64,000 nucleotides of DNA. Origin: Trueperaceae bacterium. Its GTDB lineage: Bacteria > Deinococcota > Deinococci > Deinococcales > Trueperaceae. Each line of letters opens with the position of its first letter. Within the stretch, counting starts at the first letter, position 1. The notes below the pieces were generated by a model. That model saw nothing but the letters and a program-made list of their open reading frames with translations, ran no database searches and was not told the origin of the DNA. This document shows positions 10,128 through 20,021 of this stretch, in pieces. A program made the translations under genes and the position numbers. Where the stretch lies: assembly GCA_965213925.1 (NCBI GenBank), contig OZ243927.1:3008001-3072000 (forward strand), written 5' to 3'.

Positions 10128-10838
10128 GTGATTTTGGAGACAAGGGACCTGAGCGCTGCCTACGGCAAAATTCAGGTGCTGTGGGACGTGTCGCTTTCGG
10201 TCAACGAAGGCGACTTCGTGACGATCATCGGCGCGAACGGCGCAGGCAAAACGACGCTTTTACGTGTGATTTCCGGTTTGATCCCCGTAAAAAGCGGTGA
10301 GGTGCGAGCGTTCGGCGAGCCGCTGGGTGGTCTCAGCGCTGCTAAGATCGTGCGGCGCGGCGTCGGGCACGTTCCCGAAGGGCGGCAGCTCTTCGGCGAG
10401 ATGACGGTCAAGGAGAACTTGGAGAGCGGCGCAGACTATCTGCCCCACGCAAAGAAAGAGGCTGCGGCGACTCGGAAGTTCGTCTACGACCTCTTCCCCC
10501 GTTTAGCAGAGCGGCAGAGTCAACTCGCAGGGACGCTTTCGGGCGGCGAACGGCAGATGCTCGCCATTGGGAGGGCGCTGATGAGCAAGCCGAAGCTCTT
10601 GTTAGTGGACGAGCCGAGTTTAGGTCTAGCTCCAGCTCTAACGAAGACCGTCTTTCGGGCGCTCAAACAGATCAACCAAGAGGGCGTGACCGTCGTTTTA
10701 GTCGAGCAGAACGTGAAAGGCTCGCTGCGCTTAGCGAATAAAGCCTACGTTTTAGAAAATGGTGAAGTCAAAAAAGAGGGAAGCGGTGAGGCGCTCTTAG
10801 ATGACCCGGATGTGCAGGCGGCGTATTTGTCGATGTAA
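10128..10838 (+). CDS. ABC ATPase (LivF-like)
   Basis: GANGAGKTT, LSGGERQM, DEPSLGLAP. Confidence 0.92.
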   Translation: MILETRDLSAAYGKIQVLWDVSLSVNEGDFVTIIGANGAGKTTLLRVISGLIPVKSGEVRAFGEPLGGLSAAKIVRRGVGHVPEGRQLFGEMTVKENLESGADYLPHAKKEAAATRKFVYDLFPRLAERQSQLAGTLSGGERQMLAIGRALMSKPKLLLVDEPSLGLAPALTKTVFRALKQINQEGVTVVLVEQNVKGSLRLANKAYVLENGEVKKEGSGEALLDDPDVQAAYLSM

Positions 10839-11090
10839 AGGACAGCAATGAGTTATACGGGTCCCGATTTATTACTACATCAACTCCTTCGGAGTTTCTT
10901 CCGTAATCATCGGAACCCATAGCTCTTTATTCTCGCATCCGCTTAGGTCAAACGCGAAACTTTATTTTGTGTTTGACCGGAAATAGTATTAAAAGTGAAA
11001 ATCTTTAGACTCATTGCTCGCCGTTCGTTTGCTTCGCAAGAACTAGCGTACACCAGTTCGACTAGATTGCTTTTAACTCATTGCTTTTGG

Positions 11091-12083
11091 TTAAGCGGGT
11101 ACGGGGGTAGGCTCGAGCCGCTTCACAATGTCATCCATCGCCTTCTGTGCGTGAACAAGTCCGTTCTCAATGAATACGTCGCTCGTGCGTTTGCCGAAGC
11201 CCGCCGAGCCAATGAAGTAGAGACCAGGAACGTTGCTCTCTAAGGTCTCTTCGTCTAGGTTGACCGAGCCGTCTTCCGGGTTGAAATCAACGCCCAAGCC
11301 GTCCACCATCTCGGGCGCGGCGTAGTAGCCCGTCAGTGCGAAGGTCATATCAGTCGGGATGGAGAAAGTTTCCCCCTCTTGCTCCACGATAACCTCGGTG
11401 GGTGTAATTTCCTTGGCGACCGCGCCTAAGTGCAAGTCGATGCTGCCTTCTTTGATGCGGTTTTCCAGGTCAGGGCGAATCCAGTACTTGAGCGAGTGGC
11501 GGAAGTCGTCGCCTCGGTGCACCATCGTGACCTGCGCGCCCGCGCGAAAGAGGTCTAAAGCGGCGTCGGCGGCGCTGCTGCCCGCACCGATGATGGTAAC
11601 GTTGCGTTTCCAGAAAGGGTGCGCTTCAGTGAAGTAGTGCGAGACATGCTCTTGGTCTTCACCGGGAATATCAAGCAGTTTCGGATTCTCATAGTAGCCC
11701 GTCGCCACCGCAACTTTGCGCGCCTGAATCTGCTCAGCGGGCTGCCTGTCCGGGCGCAGCGTCAGCTCGAAGCCTTGCGGTGAACGCTTCACGTCAGTCA
11801 CGCGAGTATAGAGCCGCACGTTGAGGTCTTCGTTGTGGGCAACTTTGCGGTAGTAGTCCAAAGCTTCTTTGCGCGTTGGCTTAGTACTACTTGTAACCAT
11901 CGGGTGATTACCGACTTCTAGCCTATCTGCAGTTGTAAAAAACGTGACGTAGGTAGGCCAGTGGTAAATCGCGTCCGTGATACAACCCGCTTCGATGAGA
12001 ACATAGGAAAGCCCCGCTCGTTTCGCGCGAATTGCCGCTTCTAAACCGACAGGGCCAGCACCGATAATGGCTAAATCAAACAT
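11091..12083 (-). CDS. ypdA: YpdA family bacillithiol disulfide reductase
   Basis: GAGPVG, PTRKEALDYY, ATGYY, SHYFTEAHP, KYWIRPD, FIENG. Confidence 0.88.
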   Translation of the reverse strand: MFDLAIIGAGPVGLEAAIRAKRAGLSYVLIEAGCITDAIYHWPTYVTFFTTADRLEVGNHPMVTSSTKPTRKEALDYYRKVAHNEDLNVRLYTRVTDVKRSPQGFELTLRPDRQPAEQIQARKVAVATGYYENPKLLDIPGEDQEHVSHYFTEAHPFWKRNVTIIGAGSSAADAALDLFRAGAQVTMVHRGDDFRHSLKYWIRPDLENRIKEGSIDLHLGAVAKEITPTEVIVEQEGETFSIPTDMTFALTGYYAAPEMVDGLGVDFNPEDGSVNLDEETLESNVPGLYFIGSAGFGKRTSDVFIENGLVHAQKAMDDIVKRLEPTPVPA

Positions 12084-12201
12084 CTGCGTATGGTAGCAAA
12101 AAGCCGTCTACATCGGTATAGATGAGCTTACAAATAGTCCTGAAGTGCTCAGCGAGTCAGGAAAATCTTAAAACCTGACGAGCTGAAATGCTGACATACT
12201 C

Positions 12202-12849
12202 CTACGCTTGACTACTCGGACAATGCGGGCTTAATGTGCACGCTTCGCAATCTGGATTTCTAGCATGGCAAACCCTACGCCCGTGAAAGATAAGCGCGTT
12301 ATGCAGAAAAATCCAACTCTCTTTGGGGAAGAGGTTTTCTAATGCATCTTGCACTTTGTCGGGGTTCGTTTCTTTCGTGAAGCCCAGCCGCCGCGCTAAG
12401 CGTCCTACATGCGTATCCACCGCCACCGCCGGGCGTCCAAAGGCGTTAGCGAGCACCACCGACGCTGTTTTTCTGCCGACGCCGGGTAAGCTCATCACAT
12501 CGTCAAAATCTTGAGGCACCTCGCCGCCAGAATCCTCGACGAGTTTCTTAGCGGTTCCTACGCAGTTTTTCGCTTTATTTTTATAGAGCCCGATGGTTTT
12601 GATATAGGGGATGAGGTCTTCCGGTTCCGCTCGAGCCATCGCTTTCGCATCGGGGTAGCGTTCAAAAAGCGCGGGCGTCGCGGCGTTGACGCTCTTATCC
12701 GTTGCCTGGGCGGAGAGAATCGTTGAGATAAGGAGTTCGAAGGGGCTGCGGTGGCTCAGTTCGGTTTTAGCTTCGGGGTAGAGGGCGCGGAGTTCATCCA
12801 AAATGTGTGCGGCGCGCTCGCGCTTTCTTTTCATCGATTCGCGGGGCAT
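12202..12849 (-). CDS. nth: Endonuclease III
   Basis: LSAQATD, HhH LPGVGRKTA, VDTHV, 4Fe-4S C-X6-C-X2-C-X5-C. Confidence 0.95.
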   Translation of the reverse strand: MPRESMKRKRERAAHILDELRALYPEAKTELSHRSPFELLISTILSAQATDKSVNAATPALFERYPDAKAMARAEPEDLIPYIKTIGLYKNKAKNCVGTAKKLVEDSGGEVPQDFDDVMSLPGVGRKTASVVLANAFGRPAVAVDTHVGRLARRLGFTKETNPDKVQDALENLFPKESWIFLHNALIFHGRRVCHARNPDCEACTLSPHCPSSQA

Positions 12850-13073
12850 AAAGACATCCTACCTTTGCAGCAGGTGCGGACGTACTAGGCGAGATGGACG
12901 TTCGAGAAAACAGGTTGTGAAGCTTGAGATTGGGCTCGAGTCCTGCCCTATTTCAGCCGCCCTCGTTAAGTCGGTCACAACTTCACTATACCTTCAGACT
13001 CTTACAGAAATCTTACAGACCGAGTGACCTGCTCGGCTTAAACTACCACTATCACTGAGGGGAAAGACCCCAC

Positions 13074-13152
13074 CCCTCGGAAGCGATGATACCTAGACCC
13101 GCAATTTGGGCGCTTGGGACTAGGAGGAGCTAGTAGCGCAACCGGCCGAGGG
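13074..13152 (+). ncRNA. c-di-GMP-II riboswitch aptamer
   Basis: P1 CCCTCGG/CCGAGGG; GGAAGCGATGAT...TTGGGCGCTT...GAGCTAGTAGCGCAACCGGCC matches the class II consensus, including kink-turn and pseudoknot segments. Confidence 0.85.
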
Positions 13153-13211
13153 TAGCACTTTGCTATGCCCGGTACCTACATCGACTTCTTATGGGGTCAA
13201 GGGAGCAGAGT

Positions 13212-15212
13212 ATGCCAGTGACCAGCACAACCCACACCCAAGCCAACCAGACCAACCAAGCTAACCAGACCAACCAAGCTAACCAGACTAACCGCCAGTC
13301 CTACCTTCGCTTAGCCCTCTTAGCCGTACTCGTCTTGTTCTTCACCGCTTGTAGCAGCGTTACCGACACGCCTAACCTAGAGACCCAGGGCAAGACCAAG
13401 TACCTCAAGGTGCGCGTCGCCTCGGACAAAGACGACGCCGAAGAGCGCGCCTCGGGCAAGGTCGTGCTTGACAGCACCGACTTAGAGCTGCCCTACGACG
13501 TCAAGCGCGGTCAGCAGATCGTGGGCGTGCGCTTCAAGCGCGTTACGATTCCCCAAGGTGCGACCATCAAGCGCGCCGAGGTGCGTTTCAAGGCGGACGA
13601 GCGTGACGGCGGCACGGTGCGCCTCAAGGTGCGCGCCGTTGACAGCGACAGCGCCGCCCCTTTTAGCACAGCGCACCGCAGCCTCTCCAAGCGCAAGACC
13701 ACCGCCGCCTCGGTCACCTGGCAACCCGCCGCCTGGCGCAAGGTCGGCGAGCACGGCGGCAAGCAGTGGACGCCCGACATCGCCGCGCTCTTGCAAGAGG
13801 TCGTGAACCGTCAAGGCTGGAGAGAGGGCAACGCCTTCGCGCTACTCATCAGCGGCGAGGGCAAAGCCAAGCGCGTCGCCGAGTCCTACCGCGGTGACCG
13901 GCGCGGCGCTCCGCAGCTCTACGTCGAGTACACCCTTAGTAGCGCCGCTCCGAGCGCTCCCGAAGCGGCACCTGCGCCCGCGCCCACCCCTGCACCTGCG
14001 CCCACAACTAAGCCCACGACCAAGAACGCGCTCTACGTCTCGACCAAGGGCTCCGACAGCAACGACGGTCGCTCCAAGGACAAGCCGATCAAGACCATCT
14101 ACAAAGCCACCAAGCTCGTCAAGCCTGGCGACACGGTCTACTTGCGCGGCGGCGTCTACAAGGGCAAGTACCAGGGCTACGTCGGCTACGACCGCACCCC
14201 CTTTACCACCGACGGCACCCAAGACAAGCCCATCACCATCACCAGCTACCCTGGCGAGCGCGCCATCATCGACGGCAGCGACCGCCACTGGCGCGACTCC
14301 AAGAGCCTCAGCAGCCCCGAGCTGTTCAAAGTGACCGCCGACCACTACGTCATCCAAAACCTGACCTTCCGCCGCGGTGCCGGGCGCGGTCTCTACCTGA
14401 GGGGCAAGCACATCACCGTGCGCAACGTCTTATCGCACCACCATCATAGCGACGGCATCTACTTCTTGGGCGACTACGGCACCTTTGAGGACACCGTTTC
14501 GCACTCCAACTACAGCGAGCAAAATGGCGGCGACTCTGCCGACGGCATCAAGATTCCTGGCGGCGTCAAGCACGTGGTGAGAAACTTCTTAGCCTACAAC
14601 AACTCCGACGACGGTGTCGACATCTTCTGCTCCAGAAACACGCTCATCGAGTACAGCGTTGCGCACTCCAACGGGCGCGGTTATGCGGGCAACGGCAACG
14701 GCTACAAGTTAGGCTGCCGCGGCAACTACCAGTCGCGCATGAACAACCAAAACGTAGTGCGTTACAACATCGCTTACAAAAACCGCTCGAACAACTTTGA
14801 CACCAACGGCAGTGGCGGGGTGACCCTCTTACACAACACCTCCTGGAAAGCGGGCGGGCGCGGTTTCGCTGGTGACACCGACAGCCGCCGCCGGGTCAAC
14901 GTCGTCAAGAACAACATCAGCTACCAAGACGCCAAGGGTGTCGGCATGGGCAAGGGTGACAAGGAGAGTTACAACAACTGGAACCTGGGCATCCGCAACC
15001 CCGAGTTCGTCTCCCTAGACCACCGTTCCAGCCACTTCTTCAAGCTCAGCCGCGGCAGCGACGCGATTGACGCCGGCAGCAAGCTGAGCAGCTCCTACCG
15101 CGGTTCTGCGCCTGACCTAGGTGCTTTAGAGTACGGCTCCAGTGTCGCTGAACTGCTCGGTCCGACCGTTAAAGCCCTTCAGGGTGGCACCCTCAAGTTA
15201 GCCGGCTTCTAA
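13212..15212 (+). CDS. Secreted lipoprotein: N-terminal beta-sandwich-like domain, Pro/Ala/Thr linker, right-handed beta-helix (PL9-like)
   Basis: Lipobox FTAC; YVST.GSDSNDG, PGDTVYLRGG, NNSDDGVD, NGNGYKLG, APDLGALE; RBS GGGAG before ATG 13212. Confidence 0.8.
   Translation: MPVTSTTHTQANQTNQANQTNQANQTNRQSYLRLALLAVLVLFFTACSSVTDTPNLETQGKTKYLKVRVASDKDDAEERASGKVVLDSTDLELPYDVKRGQQIVGVRFKRVTIPQGATIKRAEVRFKADERDGGTVRLKVRAVDSDSAAPFSTAHRSLSKRKTTAASVTWQPAAWRKVGEHGGKQWTPDIAALLQEVVNRQGWREGNAFALLISGEGKAKRVAESYRGDRRGAPQLYVEYTLSSAAPSAPEAAPAPAPTPAPAPTTKPTTKNALYVSTKGSDSNDGRSKDKPIKTIYKATKLVKPGDTVYLRGGVYKGKYQGYVGYDRTPFTTDGTQDKPITITSYPGERAIIDGSDRHWRDSKSLSSPELFKVTADHYVIQNLTFRRGAGRGLYLRGKHITVRNVLSHHHHSDGIYFLGDYGTFEDTVSHSNYSEQNGGDSADGIKIPGGVKHVVRNFLAYNNSDDGVDIFCSRNTLIEYSVAHSNGRGYAGNGNGYKLGCRGNYQSRMNNQNVVRYNIAYKNRSNNFDTNGSGGVTLLHNTSWKAGGRGFAGDTDSRRRVNVVKNNISYQDAKGVGMGKGDKESYNNWNLGIRNPEFVSLDHRSSHFFKLSRGSDAIDAGSKLSSSYRGSAPDLGALEYGSSVAELLGPTVKALQGGTLKLAGF
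13239..13292 (+). repeat. 3 x 18-bp coding tandem repeat (QANQTN)
   Basis: CAAGCYAACCAGACYAAC x3. Confidence 0.9.
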
Positions 15213-15270
15213 ACGGAGACGACAAAGGTAAACGAGTCAATGAAGTTGAACAAGGTAAATAAGCTAAAGC

Positions 15271-15305
15271 GCAAGGGCGTCCACTTGGGACGCCCTTGCT
15301 TGTTG
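15271..15305. terminator. Hairpin between convergent genes
   Basis: GCAAGGGCGTCC-ACTTG-GGACGCCCTTGC followed by TTGTT. Confidence 0.7.
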
Positions 15306-15346
15306 GGACTACAAAATTGCAAGAGCAAACGCTCGAGCCCGCTTGT

Positions 15347-17284
15347 CTACTTAGCCATACTAGCGGGCAACACCGTATCCTCTCGCTCCGAGAGGTTCTG
15401 AATGCGCGTATCTTCGGCGACGTCGGTGTCGGGTTGCGTCACCGGGCTCACCTCGCCCAAGTACCCCTGCAACGCTGCTTGCTCCGCCGTTTCCAAATCC
15501 TGTCTGTCTGTAGCGGGGAAGGGATAGGAGTCGCCACCGTCCGCCAAAAAGCCCAAGGTTACGGTGCGAATAGGGCGCTCCGGGTCACCGACAACAACGC
15601 CATTTTCTACAATGACGTCTTTGACTTCGCCGCTATCGTCCAATAAGACGACGTTCTGTACGCGCTGACCCTCGCTCACGACGTTGCCCTCTTCGTCCAC
15701 CTCACTGGGCGGCAGGCTCGGGTCGAAGGAGAAGGCTAAGCCGCCGACTTGCGGGAACTGCCCCGGCGTCGCGCCGGGCTCCGCCTCTGCGACACCGTGC
15801 TCTAAAATCTGCTTCAACTCCCGCGCGGTGAGCGTGAGAAGCGTCAAATCGTTATCAAAGCGCAGGGCGTTTTGGATGTCGAGCTGCGAGACGTCGCCCT
15901 CTTGTTTGTCGGTAAGCGGATTAGCTCTTGGCGGCACACGCTCGCCCGTATCGCCCGGCAAAACCGCGCCGATGGCTGCGCGGATGCCGCCGCCGTTTTT
16001 AATCGACACAGCCGTATCGGGGTCCGTTTCTCTGGCAACTGCAAGGTTCGCGTCTGCGGTGAGATTACCTAGATTCGTTTCCTGCGTACGCACCGCTTCG
16101 CGCAGACCGTTCAGATAGACTTCGGTGCTACCGAATATCTCGCCGTCGAGTTCTTCGATGACAGTGCGCACGTCGGCGACGGCTTCTAACACGCCATCAG
16201 CGGGCGCTTCGTCGCCCGCCTCGGCGACGCCCTGCTCGTCGGTCGCGTACGCGCCGCTCTCCTCGCCGATGTTGACCAAGACGCCCGCGCTGTTAAAGCC
16301 CGCGATAAGACGCCCGACGTAGCGGTACTCACGGCTCGTGTTGACTAAAGCGATAGGCTCGCCCGAGGCGTTGGTGTAGAGCAGCGGGTAGTTACCCCTA
16401 CGCTCGTCGCCTTGACGCAATCTGTTATTTGGCGTCGCGAGGAGCGTGTCCGAGCCGCCCGCGATCACGATATCGACGCCGCTGAGCATCTGCGCCAAGT
16501 CAATTTCATTCTCGAGCTGCTGCAAATGCGCCAGAACGACGATTTTGTTGACACCTTGCGAGGTCAGATCGTTGATAGCGGGCTGGACGATTTGCGCCAA
16601 CGCCTGCATATCTTGTTGGTCGCGCGGCGACACCTCCACGTCACCCGGCGAGGAGATGCTGGGCAGTTGCGGCGTGGTGACGCCGACGACGCCGAAGGTT
16701 TCGCCGCCCTCCGTAATGACCACACTGCCCGCGATGCTATTGGGCACGCTCGACGCTTCTTGTCCGTCCGGTACGACGAAGTCGCCCAAGTTGCTGCCGC
16801 TAAAGTCTAAGTTAGTGCTGAGATACGGAAACGTCGCGCCGGGATAGCCGTCCTCTTCGTCGGCAGCGATGAGGTCTTCCACCGTATCCGTACCGAGGTC
16901 GAACTCGTGGTTGCCAAACGCGGCAGCTTGCACGCCAAGCGCGTTGTTGATGCGGATGTCGGCGCTGCCCGAGGTCGCGCTGAAAAAAGGACCGGGGATG
17001 TAGAGGTCACCCGACGAGAGAATCAAGGTGAGGTCGTAGTCATCCCTTAGCCCGTTGATCACTGAAGAAAAACGCGGCGCGTCCTCGATCGCGGCGACTG
17101 CGCCCTCTTGGTCGCTGGCGTGGAGAATCTGCACGATGGTTTCGGCGTCGCCCTCCAAGGGACCACGCGTGCTCTGAAAGGGCAAACTCGGGTCGTCGGT
17201 CGGTTGAGAGGTGCTAGGCGCGCACGCAGCGAGCGCGAGTATAAGGGCAAGAAAGAGGTTGAGGTGTAAACGTCGTTGGTGCAT
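15347..17284 (-). CDS. Bifunctional metallophosphatase / 5'-nucleotidase lipoprotein
   Basis: Lipobox LAAC; LHASD, SGD, GNHEFD, ETNLGNL, NGGGIR, GGDSYP. Confidence 0.9.
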   Translation of the reverse strand: MHQRRLHLNLFLALILALAACAPSTSQPTDDPSLPFQSTRGPLEGDAETIVQILHASDQEGAVAAIEDAPRFSSVINGLRDDYDLTLILSSGDLYIPGPFFSATSGSADIRINNALGVQAAAFGNHEFDLGTDTVEDLIAADEEDGYPGATFPYLSTNLDFSGSNLGDFVVPDGQEASSVPNSIAGSVVITEGGETFGVVGVTTPQLPSISSPGDVEVSPRDQQDMQALAQIVQPAINDLTSQGVNKIVVLAHLQQLENEIDLAQMLSGVDIVIAGGSDTLLATPNNRLRQGDERRGNYPLLYTNASGEPIALVNTSREYRYVGRLIAGFNSAGVLVNIGEESGAYATDEQGVAEAGDEAPADGVLEAVADVRTVIEELDGEIFGSTEVYLNGLREAVRTQETNLGNLTADANLAVARETDPDTAVSIKNGGGIRAAIGAVLPGDTGERVPPRANPLTDKQEGDVSQLDIQNALRFDNDLTLLTLTARELKQILEHGVAEAEPGATPGQFPQVGGLAFSFDPSLPPSEVDEEGNVVSEGQRVQNVVLLDDSGEVKDVIVENGVVVGDPERPIRTVTLGFLADGGDSYPFPATDRQDLETAEQAALQGYLGEVSPVTQPDTDVAEDTRIQNLSEREDTVLPASMAK

Positions 17285-17446
17285 AGATGCCTCCTAAGGG
17301 GTGGGTTTCACATTTGATAGTACCTTATGAAGCGACGTTCGAGCTACGTTTAGGGTAAAGGTGGCGAGTTGATGAAAAGGGCAAGCAATAAGTCGAAAGC
17401 AACGAGCGATGAGGTCAAGAGGTCTACGCTTGCAGTAGAGTGAAGC

Positions 17447-18541
17447 GTGGCTAAGAAGTTGCGTCCCAAACGTCTTTCTAAACAGGTGTCCGAGTGTAAG
17501 AAGCGCCGCCCGGCTCCGAGCGTTCAGAAGAACGATGCGCGGAACTACGAAGCCGAAGTTTTAGAGGGATTGGTCCCTTTTGCGGCGCGCGAACTGGCAG
17601 AGGTCAAGGGTCTTCAGATCACCTCTCAAAACGCGGCCTCCTTGCAGTTCCGCTTTTCCGGGCCTCCTAAAGCGTTACAAAAGCTGCGTAAGGTAGTAGC
17701 GGTGTACCGCCTCGAGTCCTTCCCTATCCCCCGTCCCAAAGCACTTTTAGGTCACGAGCACTTGACGAGACTCCTCCAAGTCGTCGAAGAGGTCAAGAAG
17801 CAAGGCACGTTCTCGAGCTTTCGTATAGGCGCAGCGGGCAGCGACTCGGCGGTGTTCACGCGGCTCGCGCAAGAGGTCGAGAAAAGTGCAGGCTTACGCT
17901 TCGACGCCGAAGAGGGTGACTTGCTCCTGCGGGTGAGGAAGTCGAAAGAGGGTTGGGAGATTCTTACCAGAATCACAGCTAGACCGCTCTCGAGCCGTTT
18001 CTGGCGCGTTTGCAACCTAGCGGGCGGTCTCAACGCAACCTTGGCGGCCGCCATCATCGACCTCGTCGGCGCGAACCCGCAAGACAGGTTTCTCAACGCG
18101 ATGTGCGGCTCGGGGACACTGCTCATCGAAAGAGGTCTGAGCGGCAACGCGGCGCGGCTTGTCGGCTGTGATATCAGCAGCCAAGCGCTCAAATGTTCCG
18201 AAGAAAACGTGCGTGCGAGCAACCTCCCAGAGGTCGAACTTTTGCAGGCTGACGCGGCGAACTTGCCTTTCGAGGACGCTTCATTCGATGTCATCGTGGC
18301 GGACGTTCCCTGGGGCGACGCAGTGGGCACCCATAGAGGTAATGCCGAACTCTACCCAGCTTTCTTAAAAGAGGCGGCGAGAATCGCAGGTTCAGGGGCG
18401 CAGCTGGCGGTGCTCACCCATGAAATCAAACTTTTTGAGAGGGTACTCGGTGAGTTCCGACATGCTTGGCAGCTTAGGGATAAGGTGCGCGTGTTTCACG
18501 GCGGGCACTATCCGCGTATCTATGTGTTGACTCGAGCTTGA
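17447..18541 (+). CDS. THUMP-type SAM-dependent RNA methyltransferase
   Basis: NAMCGSGTLLIE, DVPWG motifs. Confidence 0.8.
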   Translation: MAKKLRPKRLSKQVSECKKRRPAPSVQKNDARNYEAEVLEGLVPFAARELAEVKGLQITSQNAASLQFRFSGPPKALQKLRKVVAVYRLESFPIPRPKALLGHEHLTRLLQVVEEVKKQGTFSSFRIGAAGSDSAVFTRLAQEVEKSAGLRFDAEEGDLLLRVRKSKEGWEILTRITARPLSSRFWRVCNLAGGLNATLAAAIIDLVGANPQDRFLNAMCGSGTLLIERGLSGNAARLVGCDISSQALKCSEENVRASNLPEVELLQADAANLPFEDASFDVIVADVPWGDAVGTHRGNAELYPAFLKEAARIAGSGAQLAVLTHEIKLFERVLGEFRHAWQLRDKVRVFHGGHYPRIYVLTRA

Positions 18542-18591
18542 CAAACCTGCTTGAAGCCCCGTCTCCCAGTTGACGTACTGAGTACTCAACC

Positions 18592-18620
18592 TTGACACGC
18601 CTCACCTAGCGGCTTAAACT
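18592..18620 (+). promoter_or_regulatory. Sigma-A promoter of the sugar ABC operon
   Basis: TTGACA-17bp-TAAACT. Confidence 0.65.
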
Positions 18621-18728
18621 CATAAAGAATTCAATCTTTTAGAACGTGAAGTTTCAGGTCTCCTTTACGTAAGTGCCGTATTTATGCAAGTGCCGGAGAC
18701 GCCAGCGACTTCACCGAAAGGAACGCTT

Positions 18729-20021
18729 ATGAAGGCTGCCATAAAAAGAGCGGTGCTCGTTCTCGTCTTGCTCTCGTTCGGGCTCGCGCAGGCGCAGGAG
18801 TTCGACTGGAGGCAGTTCGAGGGGAGCGAAATCCGCTTCCTGATGAACAACCACCCCTTCACCGACTTTATCCAGCCGCTCGTGCCCGAGTTCGAAGAAC
18901 TCACCGGCATCAGCGTGACGATGGAGGTCTTTCCCGAGGACCAGTTCCGCCAGCGCAGACTTTTAGAGTCGAGCAGCGGCGCGAACACGCTGGACGGCTA
19001 CATGATCATGCCCGGTCAAGTCGGCGCGCAGTACCTGGGCGCAAACTGGATTCGCTATATCGACGACTTCGTGAACGACCCCAGCCTCACCATGCCCGAG
19101 CTTGCCGTAGACGACTTTTTCGAGGGAGCCCTCAGCACGTTCGAGGGCGAGCAGGGACTTTTCGGTCTGCCCTTACAAATTGAAGCGAGCCTGCTCTATT
19201 ACCGCACCGACCTCTTGGAAGAGGCGGGCTTAGACGGTCCCCCCACGACGATGGAAGAGCTTAGGAGCTACGCCCAAACGCTTAACCAAGGCGGCACGGC
19301 GGGCTTCGCGATGCGCGGCAACGGCGCGAGCGCGACGAGCCAGATCGTCAACTTGCTCTACTCCTTCGGCGGTCAGTGGTTGGACGAAGAGGGCAACTCA
19401 GCCCTGGCGAGCGAGGGAAGCCAAGAGGCGCTCTCGTTCTACGCCGACGTGCTCAGCAACTACGGACCGCCCGGCGTCACCAACATGTCATGGCCCGAGG
19501 TGACGAGCATCTTCGCCCAGGGGCAAGCCGCCATGATGTTCGACGCGAACGTGTTCCGCTCCATCATGGAAGACCCCGAGCAAGCGATTGAAGAGGTGCG
19601 CAACAACGTCGAATATGCGCCCTTACCCGAAGGTCCGGCGGGTAGCGTGCCCGCCGTACTCGTATGGGGCTTGAGCGTCAACCAAGCGTCGGAGAACCCC
19701 GAAGCGGCGTGGTATTTCATCCAGTGGGCGCTCTCGCAGGAGAAGCAATTGGAGGCGCTCCTAGCGGGCGTACCTGCGGCGAGGGAGTCGGCGTGGCAAA
19801 ACGCGGAGTTCCAGGAGACCGCGCCCGCAAGCTGGATCGAGGCGTCGCGGACCTCGTTTGACAACGGTCAACCTGACTGGAACCCGCCCGTGGTGCCCGT
19901 ACCCGAGGTGCGCGACGCCTACGGACAAGCGATCGTCGCCGCGCTCCAAGGGCAAGAGGTGGGACCGGCGTTGGAGAGGGCGAACGAGCAGATTAATGGG
20001 ATACTCGAGCGTCAGCAGTAG
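18729..20021 (+). CDS. Sugar ABC substrate-binding protein
   Basis: Signal peptide; LLYYRTDLL..AG..PPTTMEEL; FAQGQAAM. Confidence 0.9.
   Translation: MKAAIKRAVLVLVLLSFGLAQAQEFDWRQFEGSEIRFLMNNHPFTDFIQPLVPEFEELTGISVTMEVFPEDQFRQRRLLESSSGANTLDGYMIMPGQVGAQYLGANWIRYIDDFVNDPSLTMPELAVDDFFEGALSTFEGEQGLFGLPLQIEASLLYYRTDLLEEAGLDGPPTTMEELRSYAQTLNQGGTAGFAMRGNGASATSQIVNLLYSFGGQWLDEEGNSALASEGSQEALSFYADVLSNYGPPGVTNMSWPEVTSIFAQGQAAMMFDANVFRSIMEDPEQAIEEVRNNVEYAPLPEGPAGSVPAVLVWGLSVNQASENPEAAWYFIQWALSQEKQLEALLAGVPAARESAWQNAEFQETAPASWIEASRTSFDNGQPDWNPPVVPVPEVRDAYGQAIVAALQGQEVGPALERANEQINGILERQQ

Noticed and set aside
18569..18590. GTTGACGTAC-TGA-GTACTCAAC resembling a fused MITE junction
   Set aside because: Too short to distinguish from an operator palindrome next to the -35 box
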